Positions 59,345 through 64,000 of a DNA stretch of 64,000 nt are shown here, piece by piece. Each line of letters opens with the position of its first letter. The first letter of the stretch is position 1. A model generated the notes under the pieces. That model made no database searches. It had not been told where the DNA came from and saw nothing but the letters and a program-made list of their open reading frames with translations. A program made the position numbers and the translations under genes. The stretch is taken from IMG/VR virus record IMGVR_UViG_3300042009_000026, positions 192,001 to 256,000 of that record, one strand, 5' to 3'. Source of the DNA: a virus (taxonomy: Duplodnaviria > Heunggongvirae > Uroviricota > Caudoviricetes).

Positions 59345-59823
59345 CGTGGTGCCTTATTCAAACCATGTTTGACTAGTACACCCACAGTATCCCGCTCAAG
59401 CGTTGAAGCAGCGCAAAGCATAAAGAGCCATGGGTTATCTGTTAGAATGGCTGCCAGTGAGCCTACAGGAGCTTGACGGGACAATGTAGTCGTGTCAACA
59501 ACGTTAGACTTGGTATTGTACATGTCTGTACGGAAACAGAAGTGATTAATTGCCCCTGTGACATCATCTAGTTCCTGCATAAAGGAAGTAGTAGCTGACA
59601 TCAGCAAGATATAAAACTCAGGGATGTTACGGATATCATCAAAGACACGACGGACAAAAGATTCATTCTTGCCTTCACGCAGTAAATGATGAACTCGGAT
59701 ATTAGTGATGACTTGGATTAGGTTAGTGAGCATAGACTTTTCACCGACAGGGTTCAAAGCGATAAACTCTTCCAACCCTTCCACCCAGGCTTTCCGGATG
59801 GAATCAGTTAGACGTGGATTCAT
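59341..59823 (-). CDS. Conserved hypothetical protein (gp148 position)
   Basis: ORF track; translationally coupled on both sides. Confidence 0.65.
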   Translation of the reverse strand: MNPRLTDSIRKAWVEGLEEFIALNPVGEKSMLTNLIQVITNIRVHHLLREGKNESFVRRVFDDIRNIPEFYILLMSATTSFMQELDDVTGAINHFCFRTDMYNTKSNVVDTTTLSRQAPVGSLAAILTDNPWLFMLCAASTLERDTVGVLVKHGLNKAPR

Positions 59824-60488
59824 ACGAGGTTATTCCTCAGCATCATTGACGATAGGTATACCGACAACGTTTTGTTGGATTTAACAATACTCGGTGTCTC
59901 AGCCATAATCGAAGTCAACGAAGCTTCACCCGTTTCCATGATCTGTCGGTTCATCTGATTATAAGCCTCAGCGTCACCACCACGGAACTTAACGAGTTCG
60001 AGTACCGCTGTGTTAAGACCTTTCGAAACGTTAACCTGAATCTCAGGACCAGACAACCGAGAACCTTTAGAATCACCGGAGGCTTGACCAGACCGTTCAT
60101 CCACTACGTGGTTAGAACCTGGAATAGAACGTTTCTTCGCGAGCATCTGAACTTGACGACGGAGTGGTAGCATACCGATCAAGTGTTTGTTTGGTGTTAA
60201 GTAAACTTGCCCTGTGGCCTGGTCTGTCAACTTGAGTTGTTGGAACAGTTCAAAACCTAGAGCTTCGGCTACTTTGTAGTTACGTTCGATACTCAGCGTA
60301 ACAGCAGCCAAGTTAGGGGCGAACAATGTAACGTACTCTTTGCCTGATTCTAGATTATCAATCCAGGTGGCAAACTCAGCATCTGACATTCGCTTGAACA
60401 TATCGGCCAGGAGTTGCTTGTTAGGGCTTCCCGGCAAGAACATGTCGATGAAATGCAGTGCATCCTTTTCTGTTGCTTTGCGTGACAT
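59820..60488 (-). CDS. Virion RNA polymerase beta-like subunit, C-terminal fragment (phiKZ gp149-like)
   Basis: RRQVQMLAKK, GQASGDSKGSRLSGPE (beta GG.R.GEME equivalent) and KFRGGD motifs. Confidence 0.8.
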   Translation of the reverse strand: MSRKATEKDALHFIDMFLPGSPNKQLLADMFKRMSDAEFATWIDNLESGKEYVTLFAPNLAAVTLSIERNYKVAEALGFELFQQLKLTDQATGQVYLTPNKHLIGMLPLRRQVQMLAKKRSIPGSNHVVDERSGQASGDSKGSRLSGPEIQVNVSKGLNTAVLELVKFRGGDAEAYNQMNRQIMETGEASLTSIMAETPSIVKSNKTLSVYLSSMMLRNNLV

Positions 60489-60518
60489 CGTATTTCTCCA
60501 TTAATGAATACTATACGA

Positions 60519-60815
60519 TTAGAGAGGATAGATTGGTCTGGCGTCTGCCATTGCTGGTGGCAATCGATTCGCACTGAAGAATGGCAAGATCTGTGTGCGA
60601 TATGTAACGCACCATTGGTCTAGCGTGTAAGGACAATCCTTAATAAACCAGAACCGTGCCCAGTCAGCAGGATACTGTCGGAGAATGTCATTCATGAATT
60701 CAGACATTTCTAAAGTAGTAGTAAGTGGTGTAACCATGCGTCGATTGAGATCTTCAGCTAGTTCAGGGTCAACAGCACGGGTCATCTCGAAGATGAATTG
60801 ATTATAAGAGTTCAT
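60519..60815 (-). CDS. Hypothetical protein
   Basis: ORF track. Confidence 0.6.
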   Translation of the reverse strand: MNSYNQFIFEMTRAVDPELAEDLNRRMVTPLTTTLEMSEFMNDILRQYPADWARFWFIKDCPYTLDQWCVTYRTQILPFFSANRLPPAMADARPIYPL

Positions 60816-60831
60816 ACGTTGGTCCAGTTAA

Positions 60832-61176
60832 CTAAAGCTCACCGCAATAATTAACTTCTGTTATGTTTGATAGGAATTTGGTGATAAGATGTCGGTGGCA
60901 AAATGTGCCTTCCGGACAATAGCAACCGAATGCAATGTTCTCATGGCTTATCAACCAGTCAAAGAATTCTGGGTAATTGTCGTAACGCCATTCCAGCATC
61001 GCCATGTATTGAGCTTCATATTGCTCAGGAGTAATGCGTTTACTTTTAACGTCCATCACGATCTGCCAAGTGGGGGCTAATTGCCACATACCTGACTTGA
61101 CAGTTGTATCGTAATAAGGAACATTATTAAAGAGTAAGTTCTCCAACTTACCCAACTGAAATGTGTATACGTTCAT
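60832..61176 (-). CDS. DUF488-like protein
   Basis: LAPTW...Y...Y and CYC....FCHR.LI motifs. Confidence 0.65.
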   Translation of the reverse strand: MNVYTFQLGKLENLLFNNVPYYDTTVKSGMWQLAPTWQIVMDVKSKRITPEQYEAQYMAMLEWRYDNYPEFFDWLISHENIAFGCYCPEGTFCHRHLITKFLSNITEVNYCGEL

Positions 61177-61177
61177 T

Positions 61178-61480
61178 TTATTTACGTGTCGTGATGTTGA
61201 TTGTGTTATTGACTACATGCACTGAAACATCCATTGGTGCATTAATGATTACCTCGCTATTACTGTCAACAGAGATAGCGATCTTTTGACTCTCGAAATA
61301 ATAACGTCCGAACCCAGCGACTTTAGGTGGAGCTGGAGGAGCAACCTTAGGTAATGGGTTGCGTGCAGCTATACGTGCTGGTTCATGTGGACAATTAGGT
61401 TTTAGACAACCTTCAACATTAATGGCGAATTCACATCGATGTTTCCACCACCATTGCTTTAACAACGTAAACAAACTCAT
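61178..61480 (-). CDS. Small hypothetical protein, Cys/His-containing
   Basis: ORF track; ATGA-coupled. Confidence 0.5.
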   Translation of the reverse strand: MSLFTLLKQWWWKHRCEFAINVEGCLKPNCPHEPARIAARNPLPKVAPPAPPKVAGFGRYYFESQKIAISVDSNSEVIINAPMDVSVHVVNNTINITTRK

Positions 61481-61680
61481 TTGGTTTCCTCTTGGCGCGC
61501 TGCGCGATATCTACGGATGAACTCTTCACCCCTAGTCGGATTTCTTTTGCATTTAGGATGTTCACAATGAAACGTAGCAGGTGCATTCACATTACACCTA
61601 CAAATGCCAGAGAAAGCATCAGGCACAATAAGTGCCCTCAGCGTAATTACGTCCCAGACACGCCAAAGGAAATTACCCAT
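61477..61680 (-). CDS. Small hypothetical protein, Cys/His-containing
   Basis: ORF track; overlaps the uvsX stop. Confidence 0.5.
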   Translation of the reverse strand: MGNFLWRVWDVITLRALIVPDAFSGICRCNVNAPATFHCEHPKCKRNPTRGEEFIRRYRAARQEETK

Positions 61681-63091
61681 TGGTTACTTCCAGAGGAACG
61701 ATCTTGGCTTTGTCTTCTTTAGACATCCAGTAAGGTTTGTACTCGAAGCGCAACATGCGGATCAAGTCCATAGTTGACAAGAACTTCTTCTCGCACAGGT
61801 GTTCTTCTTCTTTAACCATCCAATAGCCACGAGTACCCAACAGGACTTCCCAATCGTAGCCCATCTTCACCAAGCCTTCATACAGAGCCGCTGGAGTAGG
61901 TACGTCGAGTTTACGTTGGAACTGGATGAGTTGTAGCATCTCAGATTGAATCTCTACTGCACGACGCAGGAGAGGATCACCGTTAAGCTTCTGCCGTACT
62001 TTGGTACGAGACAGAGCGACGTTAGGACGCAGTTCAACGAAATAGTTCTGTACGTTACCACCGATACCGAAACCATTCTCTTTGCAGTAGTGGAATTCAG
62101 TCAGTGCTGGCAGTACGCCTTCGGATTGCGCAACGATGATCGGGAACAACAAATCAGAGATGCCGCCTTTCGAACGCAGGTTCTTAACTTCCAAAATACG
62201 GAGGTCCGAGTCACCCTGCATTGCGGTAGCGTTGTCTAATGGATAGACAGGCATCTTATCATTGTTCAGTAGTACCTTGTTCGATACGACGTCCCACACG
62301 TTGTTAGGCAGCGAATAGAAACCAGACGATACGCCTTTCAACACGGTATCTTTCTTCATACCGGTCAAGTTACGTTTATCGGTAGGGTACATGTCCATGT
62401 TGATGATGTCACCAACGTGAGCTGTCAAGATGAAATGCGTACCAGTTTTAGCAGCTACCTGAGGCAGTTGGTTAAACAGTTGGTTCTTCGCCTTACCGTT
62501 CGTCATTGCATCGGTGTTGTTCTTGCCATCACCGATCTTGTTCTTGGCGTACATGTCATCAACAGCAGACACGATAAACTTAGAGAAGCTATCGATGAAT
62601 GCAGTGGTTGGCTGTAAGCAGACTTTATGCTTCTTGTCTTTATCAACAAACGGAGTAGTTCTGATGTGCTTCTTCGGATCTTTAGCCTTCTCGTCTAGAG
62701 ACTTACGAAGTTGGAAAAAGAACTCATCGCCAGTGTACTGAGACAAGTCAGTAAACATGAATTGTGGATCATCGTTGAAATCAATTGCTGCGATCTCATC
62801 GAAGTGTTTAGCTACAGCAGAGAAGCGTGCAACTGGATTCAATGTACCTTCTGTGTCATAGACCATCGAGTGGGAACCAGGCATTGCCCGTCGGACCATC
62901 GATAACATGTAAACACCAATAGCCGTTTTGAAGTTGTTTGGTCGAGATACAATCCCATTCAAAGCCCCCAGACCACCGTTGAGGATCATCTCCCCGTGTT
63001 CACCCTCTTCATAATGACCAGACGAAATGTCCATCAAACAGCCGACGTTTACCGCCGGTCGGAATGACGGCTTCTTAAACTCTTGAAACAT
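61673..63091 (-). CDS. uvsX: RecA/UvsX-like recombinase (phiKZ gp152-like)
   Basis: Walker A-like G..SRPNNFKT, YDTE, Walker B FIDS, TAHVG and KNLRSKGG motifs. Confidence 0.85.
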   Translation of the reverse strand: MFQEFKKPSFRPAVNVGCLMDISSGHYEEGEHGEMILNGGLGALNGIVSRPNNFKTAIGVYMLSMVRRAMPGSHSMVYDTEGTLNPVARFSAVAKHFDEIAAIDFNDDPQFMFTDLSQYTGDEFFFQLRKSLDEKAKDPKKHIRTTPFVDKDKKHKVCLQPTTAFIDSFSKFIVSAVDDMYAKNKIGDGKNNTDAMTNGKAKNQLFNQLPQVAAKTGTHFILTAHVGDIINMDMYPTDKRNLTGMKKDTVLKGVSSGFYSLPNNVWDVVSNKVLLNNDKMPVYPLDNATAMQGDSDLRILEVKNLRSKGGISDLLFPIIVAQSEGVLPALTEFHYCKENGFGIGGNVQNYFVELRPNVALSRTKVRQKLNGDPLLRRAVEIQSEMLQLIQFQRKLDVPTPAALYEGLVKMGYDWEVLLGTRGYWMVKEEEHLCEKKFLSTMDLIRMLRFEYKPYWMSKEDKAKIVPLEVTNG

Positions 63092-63140
63092 GGTATTTCC
63101 TCTTTGATGTTATAGTACAATCACTTAATTGAGTTCAAGC

Positions 63141-63152
63141 GTAATTTTATGT
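63141..63152 (+). promoter_or_regulatory. Late promoter candidate, TATG
   Basis: GTAATTTTATGT upstream of a head-protein gene; identical to 48568-48579. Confidence 0.5.
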
Positions 63153-63191
63153 CTAGACTTCAAGAATCATTAACACAACAAGGTAGCTACC

Positions 63192-64000
63192 ATGTCCCTC
63201 TTTACTCGTTATGGCGACAACGCAGTTGTATCCAATGAATCAGTCGGTGCTCCAACCGTTGATCCGATCCGTCAGTTTTATTTCGCTTGTGAAAGCATTT
63301 CCATGGAAGCTGCCGAGATGGGTTCCATTGCCGGTTGGTTTGCTCGCATGGGTTCCAACGTATCAATGGCAGTTAAACGTGGCTTCGAATTGATGACCAC
63401 TTATGACTGGGCGCCACTGACCACTCTCTATCCTTCCAACATGAACACAGTAATGCGTTCACTGGATTACATGGAGATCCAATCTAAGCCTGTGTCACAA
63501 CCACGTGGGTTCTCTGGTAACCTGCATGACTACGTGATTGGTTTAGCTCCTCGTATTCAATTGGCATGTGCTATCAAAGCAAATGTTATTGATCCAGCTA
63601 TTCAACGGTTAGGTCACTATGTTACCAATCCAGGTGAACGTGGCGATCGTCGTGACTTCCCAGGTGGTGCAGCTGATATCGGCCAATTGGCTAAACTGTT
63701 AGCAGAAGAAGCAAAGTACTTTAAAGGTGGTTCTGATGCTACTGCTTCGTTTGGTCAACTGTTCTCAAACAATGCTGAATTCGTTAAAGCTGAATTCCAA
63801 ATGGTCGAGTATGGCAAACTGTTAGCTCAGACGCCTCCATCGGCTGTTAAAGCATCGGTAGAACAATTGTCAGCCGTTGCCCAAGGTTTGTTTAAATCGT
63901 TGTCCTCAGAGCGTGACCCTGCGTCTAAGCAACTGATCCAGACAATCGGTAATGAACTGGTAGCCGTAGCTAAGTGGGTTGAATGGTATGCTGTTCAAAT
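63192..64000 (+). CDS. Internal head protein (phiKZ gp153-like), 3'-truncated by window
   Basis: My translation of the 5' part: MSLFTRYGDNAVVSNES...ISMEAAEM...PRGFSGNL, with S-x-E protease-type propeptide sites. Absent from the ORF track, consistent with running off the window. Confidence 0.7.
   Translation, partial: MSLFTRYGDNAVVSNESVGAPTVDPIRQFYFACESISMEAAEMGSIAGWFARMGSNVSMAVKRGFELMTTYDWAPLTTLYPSNMNTVMRSLDYMEIQSKPVSQPRGFSGNLHDYVIGLAPRIQLACAIKANVIDPAIQRLGHYVTNPGERGDRRDFPGGAADIGQLAKLLAEEAKYFKGGSDATASFGQLFSNNAEFVKAEFQMVEYGKLLAQTPPSAVKASVEQLSAVAQGLFKSLSSERDPASKQLIQTIGNELVAVAKWVEWYAVQ

Noticed and set aside
1-64000. Genome-wide stop-codon reassignment
   Set aside because: Genes are intact under the standard code, and TGA, TAG and TAA all end genes with tight coupling to the next start. 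The capsid case is therefore local.

Overview
This window is part of a phiKZ-like (Chimalliviridae, nucleus-forming) jumbo phage genome, probably from a Pseudomonas phage. Gene order follows the phiKZ gp120-gp153 block as I recall it: major capsid protein (5' end outside the window), non-virion RNAP beta-like subunit, portal, baseplate and tail proteins, a 2OG-Fe(II) oxygenase pair, RuvC, a lysis cassette (nested spanins, holin candidate, gp144-like endolysin), virion RNAP beta fragment, UvsX/RecA and a head protein that runs off the end. A ~29 kb array (29.6-58.5 kb) holds fibre, tailspike and depolymerase genes that fall into classes by shared N-terminal modules. The most notable observation is at the capsid stop. 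The capsid gene ends CCA-TGA-A and the same frame stays open for 27 more codons (RNPDNVRLLEDGTIRYLEDGTVLRYQE) up to the terminator-like hairpin. That peptide matches the C-terminus of the virion protein at 28484-29023, which suggests programmed stop-codon readthrough that adds a docking tag to some capsid subunits. All phiKZ homolog names come from recalled sequence features and synteny; no database search was run. I found no tRNA, CRISPR array, intron, intein or mobile element.
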